DNA from: Eledone cirrhosa
Lineage: Eukaryota
Assembly (NCBI GenBank): GCA_964016885.1
Contig: OZ024741.1
Coordinates: 32,302,001-32,366,000 of the forward strand
DNA: 64,000 nt
Direction: 5' to 3'
Each line of letters opens with the position of its first letter. Position 1 is the first letter of the stretch. This document shows positions 34,801 to 52,800 of this stretch, piece by piece. The translations under genes and the position numbers were made by a program. The notes beneath the pieces were generated by a model, which did not search any database, was not told the origin of the DNA, and saw only the letters and a list, made by a program, of their open reading frames with translations.

Positions 34801-37800
34801 CAGATGTTATACAACATGTCTGTATAATATTTGTATTTATTCCAGATCTAATAAGCCTACATATCTCAGTTGTTATACAACATGGCTGTATAATATTCGT
34901 AATTATTCCAGATATAATAAGCCTACATATCTCAGATGTTATACAACATGGATGTATAATATTTGTATTTATTCCAGATGTAATAAGCCTACATATCTCA
35001 GTTGTTATACAACATGGCTGTATAATATTTGTATTTATTCCAGATGTAATAAGCCTACATATCTCAGATGTTATACAACATGGCTGTATAATATTTGTAT
35101 TTATTCCAGATGTAATAAGCCTACATATCGCTGTTGTTATACAGCATGGCTGTATAATATTTGTATTTATTCCAGATGTAATAAGCCTACATATCTCAGA
35201 TGTTATACAACATGGCTGTATAATATTTGTATTTATTCCAGATGTAATAAGCCTACATATCTCAGTTGTTATACAACATGGCTGTATAATATTTGTATTT
35301 ATTCCAGATGTAATAAGCCTACATTTCGCAGTTGTTATACAGCATGGCTGTATAATATTTGGATTTATTCCAGATGTAATAAGCCTACATATCTCAGTTG
35401 TTATACAACATGGCTGTATAATATTTGTATTTATTCCAGATGTAATAAGCCTACACATCTCAGTTGTTATACAACATGGCTGTATAATATTTGTATTTAT
35501 TCCAGATGTAATAAGCCTACATATCTCAGTTGTTATACAACATGTCTGTATAATATTTGTATTTATTCCAGATCTAATAAGCCTACATATCTCAGTTGTT
35601 ATACAACATGGCTGTATAATATTCGTAATTATTCCAGATATAATAAGCCTACATATCTCAGATGTTATACAACATGGATGTATAATATTTGTATTTATTC
35701 CAGATGTAATAAGCCTACATATCTCAGTTGTTATACAACATGGCTGTATAATATTTGTATTTATTCCAGATGTAATAAGCCTACATATCTCAGATGTTAT
35801 ACAACATGGCTGTATAATATTTGTATTTATTCCAGATGTAATAAGCCTACATATCGCTGTTGTTATACAGCATGGCTGTATAATATTTGTATTTATTCCA
35901 GATGTAATAAGCCTACATATCGCTGTTGTTATACAGCATGGCTGTATAATATTTGTATTTATTCCAGATGTAATAAGCCTACATATCTCAGATGTTATAC
36001 AACATGGCTGTATAATATTTGTATTTATTCCAGATGTAATAAGCCTACATTTCGCAGTTGTTATACAGCATGGCTGTATAATATTTGGATTTATTCCAGA
36101 TGTAATAAGCCTCCATATCTCAGATGTTATACAACATGGCTGTATACTATTTGTATTTATTCCAGATGTAATAAGCCTACATATTTCAGTTGTTATACAA
36201 CATGGCTGTATAATATTTGTATTTATTCCAGATGTAATAAGCCTACATATCTCAGGTGTTATACAGCATGGCTGTATACTATTTGTATTTATTCCAGATG
36301 TAATAAGCCTACATATTTCAGTTGTTATACAACATGGCTGTATAATATTTGTATTTATTCCAGATGTAATAAGCCTACATATCTCAGTTGTTATACAACA
36401 TGGCTGTATAATATTTGTATTTATTCCAGAAGTAATAAGCCTACATATCTCAGATGTTATATTACATGGCTGTATAATATTTGTATTTATTCCAGATCTA
36501 ATATGCCTACACATCTCAGTTGTTATACAACATGGCTGTATAATATTTGTATTTATTCCAGATGTAATAAGCCTACATATCTCAGTTGTTATACAACATG
36601 GCTGTATAATATTTGTATTTATTCCAGATGTAATAAGCCTACATATCTCAGTTGTTATACAACATGGCTGTATAATATTTGTATTTATTCCAGATGTAAT
36701 AAGCCTACATATCGCAATTGTTATACAACATGGCTGTATAATATTTGTATTTATTCCAGATGTAATAAGCCTACATATCTCAGTTGTTATACAACATGGC
36801 TGTATAATATTTGTATTTATTCCAGATGTAATAAGCCTACATATCTCAGTTGTTATACAACATGGCTGTATAATATTTGTATTTATTCCAGATGTAATAA
36901 GCCTACATATCTCAGTTGTTTTACAACATGGCTGTATAATATTTGTATTTATTCCAGATGTAATAAGCCTACATATCGCAATTGTTATACAGCATGGCTG
37001 TATAATATTTGTATTTATTCCAGATGTAATAAGCCTACATATCTCAGATGTTATACAACATGGCTGTATAATATTTGTATTTATTCCAGATGTAATAAGC
37101 CTACATATCTCAGTTGTTATACAACATGGCTGTATAATATTTGTAATTATTCCAGATATAATAAGCCTACATATCTCAGATGTTATACAACATGGCTGTA
37201 TAATATTTGTATTTATTCCAGATGTAATAAGCCTACATATATCAGTTGTTATACAACATGGCTGTATAATATTTGTATTTATTCCAGATGTAATAAGCTT
37301 ACATATCTCAGTTGTTATACAACATGGCTGTATAATATTTGTATTTATTCCAGATGTAATAAGCCTACATATCTCAGATGTTATACAACATGGCTGTATA
37401 ATATTTGTATTTATTCCAGATGTAATAAGCCTACATATCGCATTTGTTATACAACATGGCTGTATAATATTTGTATTTATTCCAGATATAATAAGCCTAC
37501 ATATCTCAGATGTTATACAACATGGCTGCATAATATTTGTATTTATTCCAGATGTAATAAGCCTACATATCTCAGTTTTTATACAACATGGCTGTATAAT
37601 ATTTGCATTTATTCCAGATGTAATAAGCCAACATATCTCAGTTGTTATACAACATGGCTGTATAATATTTGTCTTTATTCCAGATGTAATAAGCCTACAT
37701 ATCTCAGTTGTTATACAACATGGCTGTATAATATTTGTATTTATTCCAGATGTAATAAGCCTACACATCTCAGTTGTTATACAACATGGCTGTATAATAT

Positions 37801-40800
37801 TTGTATTTATTCCAGATGTAATAAGCCTACATATCTCAGTTGTTATACAACATGGCTGTATAATATTTGTATTTATTCCAGATGTAATAAGCCTACATAT
37901 CTCAGTTGTTATACAACATGGCTGTATAATATTTGTATTTATTCCAGATGTAATAAGCCTACATATCGCAATTGTTATACAACATGGCTGTATAATATTT
38001 GTATTTATTCCAGATGTAATAAGCCTACATATCTCAGATGTTATACAACATGGCTGTATAATATTTGTATTTATTCCAGATGTAATAAGCCTACATATCT
38101 CAGTTGTTATACAACATGGCTGTATAATATTTGTATTTATTCCAGATGTAATAAGCCTACATATCTCAGTTGTTTTACAACATGGCTGTATAATATTTGT
38201 ATTTATTCCAGATGTAATAAGCCTACATATCGCAATTGTTATACAGCATGGCTGTATAATATTTGTATTTATTCCAGATATAATAAGCCTACATATCTCA
38301 GATGTTATACAACATGGCTGTATAATTTTGTATTTATTCCAGATGTAATAAGCCTACATATCTCAGTTGTTATACAACATGGCTGTATAATATTTGTATT
38401 TATTCCAGATATAATAAGCCTACTTATCTCAGATGTTATACAACATGGCTGTATAATATTTGTATTAATTCCAGATGTAATAAGCCTACATATCTCAGTT
38501 GTTATACAACATGGCTGTATAATATTTGTAATTATTCCAGATATAATAAGCCTACATATCTCAGATGTTATACAACATGGCAGTATAATATTTGTATTTA
38601 TTCCAGATATAATAAGCCTACATATCTCAGTTGTTATACAACATGGCTGTATAATATTTGTATTTATTCCAGATGTAATAAGCCTACATATCTCAGTTGT
38701 TATACAACATGGCTGTATAATATTTGTATTTATTCCAGATGTAATAAGCCTACATATCTCAGATGTTATACAACATGGCTGTATAATATTTGTATTTATT
38801 CCAGATGTAATAAGCCTACATATCGTAATTGTTATACAACATGGCTGTATAATATTTGTATTTATTCCAGATATAATAAGCCTACATATCTCAGTTGTTA
38901 TACAACATGGCTGTATAATATTTGTATTTATTCCAGATGTAATAAGCCTACATATCTCAGTTGTTATACAACATGGCTGTATAATATTTGTATTTATTCC
39001 AGATGTAATAAGCCTACATATCTCAGTTGTTATACAACATGGCTGTATAATATTTGTAATTATTCCAGATATAATAAGCCTACATATCTCAGACGTTATA
39101 CGACATGGCTGTATAATATTTGTATTTATTCCCGATGTAATAAGCCTACATATCTCAGTTGTTATACAACATGGCTGTATAATATTTGTATTTATTCCAG
39201 ATGTAATAAGCCTACATATCTCAGTTGTTATACAACATGGCTGTATAATATTTGTATTTATTCCAGAAGTAATAAGCCTACATATCTCAGTTGTTATACA
39301 GCATGGCTGTATAATATTTGTATTTTTTCCAGATGTAATAAGCCTACATATCTCAGTTGTTATACAACATGGCTGTATAATATTTGTATTTATTCCAGAT
39401 GTAATAAGCCTACATATCTCAGTTGTTATACAACATGGCTGTATAATATTTGTATTTATTCCAGATTTAATAAGCCTACATATCTCAGATGTTATACAAC
39501 ATGGCTGTATACTATTTGAATTTATTCCAGATGTAATAAGCCAACATATCTCAGTTGTTATACAACATGGCTGTATAATATTTGTATTTATTCCAGATGT
39601 AATAAGCCTACATATCTCAGTTGTTATACAACATGGCTGTATAATATTTGTGTTTATTCCAGATGTAATAAGCCTACATATCTCAGTTGTTATACAACAT
39701 GGCTGTATGATATTTGTATTTATTCCAGATGTAATACGCCTACATATCTCAGATGTTATACAACATGGCTGTATAATATTTGTATTTATTCCAGATGTAA
39801 TAAGCCTACATTTCGCAGTTGTTATACAGCATGGCTGTATAATATTTGTATTTATTCCAGATGTAATAAGCCTACATATCTCAGTTGTTATACAACATGG
39901 CTGTATAATATTTGTATTTATTCCAGATGTAATAAGCCTACATATCTCAGTTGTTATACAACATGTCTGTATAATATTTGTATTTATTCCAGATCTAATA
40001 AGCCTATATATCTCAGTTGTTATACAACATGGCTGTATAATATTCGTAATTATTCCAGATATAATAAGCCTACATATCTCAGATGTTATACAACATGGAT
40101 GTATAATATTTGTATTTATTCCAGATGTAATAAGCCTACATATCTCAGTTGTTATACAACATGGCTGTATAATATTTGTATTTATTCCAGATGTAATAAG
40201 CCTACATATCTCAGATGTTATACAACATGGCTGTATAATATTTGTATTTATTCCAGATGTAATAAGCCTACATATCGCTGTTGTTATACAGCATGGCTGT
40301 ATAATATTTGTATTTATTCCAGATGTAATAAGCCTACATATCTCAGATGTTATACAACATGGCTGTATAATATTTGTATTTATTCCAGATGTAATAAGCC
40401 TACATATCTCAGTTGTTATACAACATGGCTGTATAATATTTGCATTTATTCCAGATGTAATAAGCCTACATATCTCAGTTGTTATACAACATGGCTGTAT
40501 AATATTTGTATTTATTCCAGATGTAATAAGACTACATATCTCAGATGTTATACAACATGGCTGTATACTATTTGTATTTATTACAGATGTAATAAGCCTA
40601 CATATCTCAGATGTTATACAACATGGCTATATAATATTTGCATTTATTCCAGATGTAATAAGCCTACATATCTCAGATGTTATACGACATGGCTGTATAA
40701 TATTTGTATTTATTTCAGATGTAATAAGCCTACATATATCAGTTGTTATACAACATGGCTGTATAATATTTGTATTTATTCCAGATGTAATAAGCCTACA

Positions 40801-43800
40801 TATCTCAGTTGTTATACAACATGGCTGTATAATATATGTATTTATTCCAGATGTAATAAGCCTACATATCTCAGATGTTATACAACATGGCTGTATAATA
40901 TTTGTATTTATTCCAGATGTAATAAGCCTACATTTCGCAGTTGTTATACAGCATGGCTGCATAATATTTGTATTTATTCCAGATGTAATAAGCGCACATA
41001 TCTCAGTTGTTATACAACATGGCTGTATAATATTTGTATTTATTCCAGATGTAATAAGCCTACATATATCAGATGTTATACAACATGGCTGTATAATATT
41101 TGTATTTATTCCAGATGTAATAAGCCTACATATCTCAGTTGTTATACAACATGGCTGTATAATATTTGTATTTATTCCAGATGTAATAAGACTACATATC
41201 TCAGTTGTTATACAACATGGCTGTATAATATTTGTATTTATTCCAGAAGTAATAAGCATACATATCTCAGATGTTATACAACATGGCTGTATATTATTTG
41301 TATTTATTCCAGATGTAATAAGCCTACATATCTCAGTTGTTATACAACATGGCTGTATAATATTTGTATTTATTCCAGATGTAATAAGCCTACATATCTC
41401 AGTTGTTATACAACATGGCTGTATAATATTTTTATTTCTTCCAGATATAATAAGACTACATATCTCAGATGTTATACAACATGGCTGTACAATATTTGTA
41501 TTTATTCCAGATTTATTAAGCCTACATATCTCAGTTGTTATACAACATGGCTGTATAATATTTGTATTTATTCCAGATGTAATAAGCCTACATATCTCAG
41601 TTGTTATACAACATGGCTGTATAATATTTGTATTTATTACAGATGTAATAAGCCTACATATCTCAGTTTTTATACAACATGACTGTATAATATTTGTATT
41701 TATTCCAGATGTAATAAGCCTACATATCTCAGTTGTTATACAACATGGCTGTATAATATTTGTATTTATTCCAGATGTAATAAGACTACAGATCTCAGTT
41801 GTTATACAACATGGCTGTATAATATTTATATTTATTCCAGATGTAATACGCCTACACATCTCAGATGTTATACAACATGGCTGTATAATATTTGTATTTA
41901 TTCCAGACGTAATAAGCCTACATATCTAAGTTGTTATACAACATGGCTGTATAATATTTGTATTTATTCCAGATGTAATAAGCCTACATATCTCAGATGT
42001 TATACAACATGGCTGTATAATATTTTTATTTATTCCAGATGTAATAACCCTACATTTCCCAGTTGTTATACAGCATGGCTGTATAATATTTGTATTTATT
42101 CCAGATGTAATAAGCCTACATATCTCAGTTGTTATACAACATGGCTGTATAATATTTTTATTTCTTCCAGATATAATAAGCCTACATATCTCAGATGTTA
42201 TACAACATGGCTGTATAATATTTGTATTTATTCCAGATTTATTAAGCCTACATATCTCAGTTGTTATACAACATGGCTGTATAATATTTGTATTTATTCC
42301 AGATGTAATAAGCCTACATATGTCAGTTGTTATACAACATGGCTGTATAATATTTGAATTTATTACAGATGTAATAAGCCTACATATCTCAGTTTTTATA
42401 CAACATGGCTGTATAATTTTTGTATTTATTCCAGATGTAATAAGCCTACATATCTCAGTTGTTATACAACATGGCTGTATAATATTTGTATTTATTCCAG
42501 ATGTAATAAGACTACATATCTCAGTTGTTATACAACATGGCTGTATAATATTTATATTTATTCCAGATGTAATACGCCTACACATCTCAGATGTTATACA
42601 ACATGGCTGTATAATATTTGTATTTATTCCAGATCTAATAAGCCTACATATTTCAGTTGTTAAACAACATGGCTGTATAATATTTGTATTTATTCCAGAT
42701 GTAATAAGCTCTACATATCTCAGTTGTTATACAACATGGCTGTATAATATTTATGTTTATTCCAGATGTAATAAGCCTACATATCTCAGTTGTTATACAA
42801 CATGGCTGTATAATATTTGTATTTATTCCAGATATAATAAGCCTACATATCTCAGTTGTTATACAACATGGCTGTATAATATTTGTATTTATTCCAGACG
42901 TAATAAGCCTACATATCTAAGTTGTTATACAACATGGCTGTATACTATTTGTATTTATTCCAGATGTAATAAGCCTACATATCTCAGATTTTATACAACA
43001 TGGCTGTATAACATTTTTATTTATTCCAGATGTAATAACCCTACATTTCCCAGTTGTTATACAGCATGGCTGTATAATATTTGTATTTATTCCAGATGTA
43101 ATAAGCCTACATATCTCAGTTGTTATACAACATGGCTGTATAATATTTGAATTTATTTCAGATGTAATAAGCCTACATATCTCAGATGTTATACAACATG
43201 GCTGTACACTATTTGTATTTATTCCAGATGTAATAAGCCTACATATCTCAGATGTTATACAACATGGCTGTATAATATTTGTATTTATTCCAGATGTAAT
43301 AAGCCTACATATCTCAGATGTTATACAACATGGCTGTATAATATTTGTATTTATTCCAGATGTAATAAGCCTACATATCTCAGTTTTTATACAACATGGC
43401 TGTATAATATTTGTATTTATTACAGATGAAATAAGCCTACATATCTCAGTTGTTATACAACAGTCTGTATAATATTTGTATTTATTCCAGATGTAATAAA
43501 CCTACATATCTCAGTTGTTATACAACATGTCTGTATAATATCTGTATTTATTCCAGATGTAATAAGGCTACATATCTCAGTTGTTATACAACATGGCTGT
43601 ATAATATTTGTATTTATTCCAGATGTAATATGCCTACATATCTCAGTTGTTATACAACATGGCTGTATAATATTTGTATTTATTCCAGATGTAATAAGCC
43701 TACATTTCGCAGTTGTTATACAGCATGGCTGTATAATATTTGTATTTATTCCAGATGTAATAAGCCTACATATCTCAGATGTTATACAACATGGCTGTAT

Positions 43801-46800
43801 AATATTTGTATTTATTCCGTATGTAATAAGCCTACATTTCGCAGTTGTTATACAGCATGGCTGTATAATATTTGTATTTATTCAAGATGTAATAAGCCTA
43901 CATATCTCAATTGTCATACAACATGGCTGTATAATATTTGTATTTATTCCAGATGTAATAAGCCTACATATCTCAGTTGTTATACAACATGTCTGTAGAA
44001 TATTTGTATTTATTCCAGATGTAATAAGCCTACATATCTCAGTTGTTATACAACATGGCTGTATAATATTTGTATTTATTCCAGATGTAATAAGCCTACA
44101 TATCTCAGTTGTTATGCAACATGGCTGTATAATATTTGTATTTATTCCATATGTAATAAGCCTACATTTCGCAGTTGTTATACAGCATGGCTGTATAATA
44201 TTTGTATTTATTCAAGTTGTAATAAGCCTACATATCTCAATTGTCATACAACATGGTTGTATAATATTTGTATTTATTCCAGATGTAATAAGCCTACATA
44301 TCTCAGTTGTTATACAATATGGCTGTATAATATTTGTATTTATTCCAGATGTAATAAGCCTACATATCTCAGTTGTTATACAACATGGCTGTATAATATT
44401 TGTATTTATTCCAGATGTAATAAGCCTACATATCTCAGATGTTATACAACATGGCTGTATAATATTTGTATTTATTCCAGATATAATAAGCCTACATATC
44501 TCAGATGTTATACAACATGGCTGTATAATATTTGTATATATTCCAGATGTAATAAGCCTACATACCTCAGTTGCTATACAACATGGCTGTATAATATTTG
44601 TAATTATTCCAGATATAATAAGCCTACATATCTCAGATGTTATACAACATGGCTGTATAATATTTGTATTTATTCCAGATGTAATAAGCCTACATATTTC
44701 AGTTGTTATACAACATGGCTGTATAATATTTGTATTTATTCCGTATGTAATAAGCCTACATTTCGCAGTTGTTATACAGCATGGCTGTATAATATTTGTA
44801 TTTATTCAAGATGTAATAAGCCTACATATCTCAATTGTCATACAACATGGCTGTATAATATTTGTATTTATTCCAGATGTAATAAGCCTACATATCTCAG
44901 TTGTTATACAACATGGCTGTATAATATTTGTATTTATTCCAGATGTAATATGCCTACATATCTCAGTTGTTATACAACATGGCTGTGTAATATTTGTATT
45001 TATTCCAGATGTAATAAACCTACATATCTCAGTTGTTATACAACATGGCTGTATAATATTTGTATTTATTCCATATGTAATAAGCCTACATTTCGCAGTT
45101 GTTATACAGCATGGCTGTATAATATTTGTATTTATTCAAGTTGTAATAAGCCTACATATCTCAATTGTCATACAACATGGTTGTATAATATTTGTATTTA
45201 TTCCAGATGTAATAAGCCTACATATCTCAGTTGTTATACAACATGGCTGTATAATATTTGTATTTATTCCAGATGTAATAAGCCTACATATCTCAGTTGT
45301 TATACAATATGGCTGTATAATATTTGTATTTATTCCAGATGTAATAAGCCTACACATCTCAGATGTTATACAACATGGCTGTATAATATTTGTATTTATT
45401 CCAGATATAATAAGCCTACATATCTCAGATGTTATACAACATGGCTGTATAATATTTGTATATATTCCAGATGTAATAAGCCTACATACCTCAGTTGTTA
45501 TACAACATGGCTGTATAATATTTGTAATTATTCCAGATATAATAAGCCTACATATCTCAGATGTTATACAACATGGCTGTATAATATTTGTATTTATTCC
45601 AGATGTAATAAGCCTACATATTTCAGTTGTTATACAACATGGCTGTATAATATTTGTATTTATTCCGTATGTAATAAGCCTACATTTCGCAGTTGTTATA
45701 CAGCATGGCTGTATAATATTTGTATTTATTCAAGATGTAATAAGCCTACATATCTCAATTGTCATACAACATGGCTGTATAATATTTGTATTTATTCCAG
45801 ATGTAATAAGCCTACATATCTCAGTTGTTATACAACATGGCTGTATAATATTTGTATTTATTCCAGATGTAATATGCCTACATATCTCAGTTGTTATACA
45901 ACATGGCTGTGTAATATTTGTATTTATTCCAGATGTAATAAACCTACATATCTCAGTTGTTATACAACATGTCTGTATAATATCTGTATTTATTCCAGAT
46001 GTAATAAGCCTACATATCTCAGTTGTTATACAACATGGCTGTATAATATTTGTATTTATTCCAGATGTAATATGCCTACATATCTCAGTTGTTATACAAC
46101 ATGGCTGTATAATATTTGTATTTATTCCAGATGTAATAAGCCTACATATCTCAGTTGTTATGCAACATGGCTGTATAATATTTGTATTTATTCCATATGT
46201 AATAAGCCTACATTTCGCAGTTGTTATACAGCATGGCTGTATAATATTTGTATTTATTCAAGTTGTAATAAGCCTACATATCTCAATTGTCATACAACAT
46301 GGTTGTATAATATTTGTATTTATTCCAGATGTAATAAGCCTACATATCTCAGTTGTTATACAACATGGCTGTATAATATTTGTATTTATTCCAGATGTAA
46401 TAAGCCTACATATCTCAGTTGTTATACAACATGGCTGTATAATATTTGTATTTATTCCAGATGTAATAATCCTACATATCTCAGATGTTATACAACATGG
46501 CTGTATAATATTTGTATTTATTCCAGATATAATAAGCCTACATATCTCAGATGTTATACAACATGGCTGTATAATATTTGTATATATTCCAGATGTAATA
46601 AGCCTACATACCTCAGTTGTTATACAACATGGCTGTATAATATTTGTAATTATTCCAGATATAATAAGCCTACATATCTCAGATGTTATACAACATGGCT
46701 GTATAATATTTGTATTTATTCCAGATGTCATAAGCCTACATATTTCAGTTGTTATACAACATGGCTGTATAATATTTGTATTTATTCCAGATGTAATAAG

Positions 46801-49800
46801 CCTACATATCTCAGGTGTTATACAGCATGGCTGTATACTATTTGTATTTATTCCAGATGTAATAAGCCTACATATTTCAGTTGTTATACAACATGGCTGT
46901 ATAATATTTGTATTTATTCCAGATGTAATAAGCCTACATATCTCAGTTGTTATACAACATGGCTGTATAATATTTGTATTTATTCCAGATGTAATAAGCC
47001 TACATATCTCAGTTGTTATACAACATGGCTGTATAATATTTGTATTTATTCCAGATGTAATAAGCCTACATATCGCAATTGTTATACAACATGGCTGTAT
47101 AATATTTGTATTTATTCCAGATGTAATAAGCCTACATATCTCAGATGTTATACAACATGGCTGTATAATATTTGTATTTATTCCAGATGTAATAAGCCTA
47201 CATATCTCAGTTGTTATACAACATGGCTGTATAATATTTGTATTTATTCCAGATGTAATAAGCCTACATATCTCAGTTGTTTTACAACATGGCTGTATAA
47301 TATTTGTATTTATTCCAGATGTAATAAGCCTACATATCGCAATTGTTATACAGCATGGCTGTATAATCTTTGTATTTATTCCAGATATAATAAGCCTACA
47401 TATCTCAGATGTTATACAACATGGCTGTATAATTTTGTATTTATTCCAGATGTAATAAGCCTACATATCTCAGTTGTTATACAACATGGCTGTATAATAT
47501 TTGTATTTATTCCAGATATAATAAGCCTACATATCTCAGATGTTATACAACATGGCTGTATAATATTTGTATTAATTCCAGATGTAATAAGCCTACATAT
47601 CTCAGTTGTTATACAACATGGCCGTATAATATTTGTAATTATTCCAGATATAATAAGCCTACATATCTCAGATGTTATACAACATGGCTGTATAATATTT
47701 GTATTTATTCCAGATATAATAAGCCTACATATCTCAGTTGTTATACAACATGGATGTATAATATTTGTATTTATTCCAGATGTAATAAGCCTACATATCT
47801 CAGTTGTTATACAACATGGCTGTATAATATTTGTATTTATTCCAGATGTAATAAGCCTACATATCTCAGATGTTATACAACATGGCTGTATAATATTTGT
47901 ATTTATTCCAGATGTAATAAGCCTACATATCGCAATTGTTATACAAGATGGCTGTATAATATTTGTATTTATTCCAGATATAATAAGCCTACATATCTCA
48001 GTTGTTATACAACATGGCTGTATAATATTTGTATTTATTCCAGATTTAATAAGCCTACATATCTCAGTTGTTATACAACATGGCTGTATAATATTTGTAT
48101 TTATTCCAGATGTAATAAGCCTACATATCTCAGTTGTTATACAACATGGCTGTATAATATTTGTATTTATTCCAGATGTAATAAGCCTACATATCTCAGT
48201 TGTTATACAACATGGCTGTATAATATTTGTAATTATTCCAGATATAATAAGCCTACATATCTCAGATGTTATACGACATGGCTGTATAATATTTGTATTT
48301 ATTCCAGATGTAATAAGCCTACATATCTCAGTTGTTATACAACATGGCTGTATAATATTTGTATTTATTCCAGATGTAATAAGCCTACATATCTCAGTTG
48401 TTATACAACATGGCTGTATAATATTTGTATTTATTCCATATGTAATAAGCCTACATATCTCAGTTGTTATACAGCATGGCTGTATAATATTTGTATTTAT
48501 TCCAGATGTAATAAGCCTACATATCTCAGTTGTTATACAACATGGCTGTATAATATTTGTATTTATTCCAGATGTAATAAGCCTACATATCTCAGTTGTT
48601 ATACAACATGGCTGTATAATATTTGTATTCATTCCAGATTTAATAAGCCTACATATCTCAGATGTTATACAACATGGCTGTATACTATTTGAATTTATTC
48701 CAGATGTAATAAGCCAACATATCTCAGTTGTTATACAACATGGCTGTATAATATTTGTATTTATTCCAGATGTAATAAGCCTACATATCTCAGTTGTTAT
48801 ACAACATGGCTGTATAATATTTGTGTTTATTCCAGATGTAATAAGCCTACATATCTCAGTTGTTATACAACATGGCTGTATAATATTTGTATTTATTCCA
48901 GATGTAATACGCCTACATATCTCAGATGTTATACAACATGGCTGTATAATATTTGTATTTATTCCAGATGTAATAAGCCTACATTTCGCAGTTGTTATAC
49001 AGCATGGCTGTATAATATTTGTATTTATTCCAGATGTAATAAGCCTACATATCTCAGTTGTTATACAACATGGCTGTATAATATTTGTATTTATTCCAGA
49101 TGTAATAAGCCTACATATCTCAGTTGTTATACAACATGGCTGTATAATATTTGTGTTTATTCCAGATGTAATAAGCCTACATATCTCAGTTGTTATACAA
49201 CATGGCTGTATAATATTTGTATTTATTCCAGATGTAATACGCCTACATATCTCAGATGTTATACAACATGGCTGTATAATATTTGTATTTATTCCAGATG
49301 TAATAAGCCTACATTTCGCAGTTGTTATACAGCATGGCTGTATAATATTTGTATTTATTCCAGATGTAATAAGCCTACATATCTCAGTTGTTATACAACA
49401 TGGCTGTATAATATTTGTATTTATTCCAGATGTAATAAGCCTACATATCTCAGTTGTTATACAACATGGCTGTATAATATTTGTATTTATTCCAGATGTT
49501 ATAAGCCTACATATCTCAGATGTTATACAACATGGCTGTATAATATTTGTATTTATTCCAGATGTAATAAGCCTACATATCGCAATTGTTATACAAGATG
49601 GCTGTATAATATTTGTATTTATTCCAGATATAATAAGCCTACATATCTCAGTTGTTATACAACATGGCTGTAGAATATTTGTATTTATTCCAGATGTAAT
49701 AAGCCTACATATCTCAGTTGTTATACAACATGGCTGTATAATATTTGTATTTATTCCAGATGTAATAAGCCTACATATCTCAGTTGTTATACAACATGGC

Positions 49801-52800
49801 TGTATAATATTTGTATTTATTCCAGATGTAATAAGCCTACATATCTCAGTTGTTATACAACATGGCTGTATAATATTTGTAATTATTCCAGATATAATAA
49901 GCCTACATATCTCAGATGTTATACGACATGGCTGTATAATATTTGTATTTATTCCAGATGTAATAAGCCTACATATCTCAGTTGTTATACAACATGGCTG
50001 TATAATATTTGTATTTATTCCAGATGTAATAAGCCTACATATCTCAGTTGTTATACAACATGGCTGTATAATATTTGTATTTATTCCAGAAGTAATAAGC
50101 CTACATATCTCAGTTGTTATACAGCATGGCTGTATAATATTTGTATTTATTCCAGATGTAATAAGCCTACATATCTCAGTTGTTATACAACATGGCTGTA
50201 TAATATTTGTATTTATTCCAGATGTAATAAGCCTACATATCTCAGTTGTTATACAACATGGCTGTATAATATTTGTATTTATTCCAGATGTAATAAGCCT
50301 ACATATCTCAGATGTTATACAACATGGCTGTATAATATTTGTATTTATTCCAGATGTAATAAGCCTACATATCGCAATTGTTATACAAGATGGCTGTATA
50401 ATATTTGTATTTATTCCAGATATAATAAGCCTACATATCTCAGTTGTTATACAACATGGCTGTATAATATTTGTATTTATTCCAGATGTAATAAGCCTAC
50501 ATATCTCAGTTGTTATACAACATGGCTGTATAATATTTGTATTTATTCCAGATGTAATAAGCCTACATATCTCAGATGTTATACAAGATGGCTGTATAAT
50601 ATTTGTATTTATTCCAGATGTAATAAGCCTACATATCTCAGTTGTTATACAACATGGCTGTATAATATTTGTATTTATTCCAGATGTAATAAGCCTACAT
50701 ATCTCAGTTGTTATACAACATGGCTGTATAATATTTGTATTTATTCCAGATGTAATAAGCCTACATATCTCAGATGTTATACAACATGGCTGTATAATAT
50801 TTGTATTTATTCCAGATGTAATAAGCCTACATATCGCAATTGTTATACAAGATGGCTGTATAATATTTGTATTTATTCCAGATATAATAAGCCTACATAT
50901 CTCAGTTGTTATACAGCATGGCTGTATAATATTTGTATTTATTCCAGATGTAATAAGCCTACATATCTCAGTTGTTATACAACATGGCTGTATAATATTT
51001 GTATTTATTCCAGATGTAATAAGCCTACATATCTCAGTTGTTATACAACATGGCTGTATAATATTTGTATTTATTCCAGATGTAATAAGCCTACATATCT
51101 CAGATGTTATACAACATGGCTGTATAATATTTGTATTTATTCCAGATGTAATAAGCCTACATATCTCAGTTGTTATACAACATGGCTGTATAATATTTGT
51201 ATTTATTCCAGATGTAATAAGCCTACATATCTCAGTTGTTATACAACATGGCTGTATAATATTTGTATTTATTCCAGATGTAATAAGCCTACATATCTCA
51301 GTTGTTATACAACATGGCTGTATAATATTTGTATTTATTCCAGATGTAATAAGCCTACATATCTCAGTTGTTATACAACATGGCTGTATAATATTTGTAA
51401 TTATTCCAGATATAATAAGCCTACATATCTCAGATGTTATACGACATGGCTGTATAATATTTGTATTTATTCCAGATGTAATAAGCCTACATATCTCAGT
51501 TGTTATACAACATGGCTGTATAATATTTGTATTTATTCCAGATGTAATAAGCCTACATATCTCAGTTGTTATACAACATGGCTGTATACTATTTGAATTT
51601 ATTCCAGATGTAATAAGCCAACATATCTCAGTTGTTATACAACATGGCTGTATAATATTTGTATTTATTCCAGATGTAATAAGTCTACATATCTCAGTTG
51701 TTATACAACATGGCTGTATAATATTTGTGTTTATTCCAGATGTAATACGCCTACATATCTCAGATGTTATACAACATGGCTGTATAATATTTGTATTTAT
51801 TCCAGATGTAATAAGCCTACATTTCGCAGTTGTTATACAGCATGGCTGTATAATATTTGTATTTATTCCAGATGTAATAAGCCTACATATCTCAGTTGTT
51901 ATACAACATGGCTGTATAATATTTGTATTTATTCCAGATGTAATAAGCCTACATATCTCAGTTGTTATACAACATGGCTGTATAATATTTGTATTTATTC
52001 CAGATCTAATAAGCCTACATATCTCAGTTGTTATACAACATGGCTGTATAATATTCGTAATTATTCCAGATATAATAAGCCTACATATCTCAGTTTTTAT
52101 ACAACATGGCTGTATAATATTTGCATTTATTCCAGATGTAATAAGCCTACATATCTCAGTTGTTATACAACATGGCTGTATAATATTTGTAATTATTCCA
52201 GATATAATAAGCCTACATATCTCAGATGTTATACGACATGGCTGTATAATATTTGTATTTATTCCAGATGTAATAAGACTACATATCTCAGTTGTTATAC
52301 AACATGGCTGTACAATATTTGTATTTATTCCACATGTAATAAGCCTACATATCTCAGTTTTTATACAACATGGCTGTATAATATTTGCATTTATTCCAGA
52401 TGTAATAAGCCTACATATCTCAGTTGTTATACAACATGGCTGTATAATATTTGTAATTATTCCAGATATAATAAGCCTACATATCTCAGATGTTATACGA
52501 CATGGCTGTATAATATTTGTATTTATTCCAGATATAATAAGCCTACATATCTCAGTTGTTATACAACATGGCTGTATAATATTTGTATTTATTCCAGATG
52601 TAATAAGCCTACATATCTCAGTTGTTATACAACATGGCTGTATAATATTTGTATTTATTCCAGAAGTAATAAGCCTACATATCTCAGTTGTTATACAGCA
52701 TGGCTGTATAATATTTGTATTTATTCCAGATGTAATAAGCCTACATATCTCAGTTGTTATACAACATGGCTGTATAATATTTGTATTTATTCCAGATGTA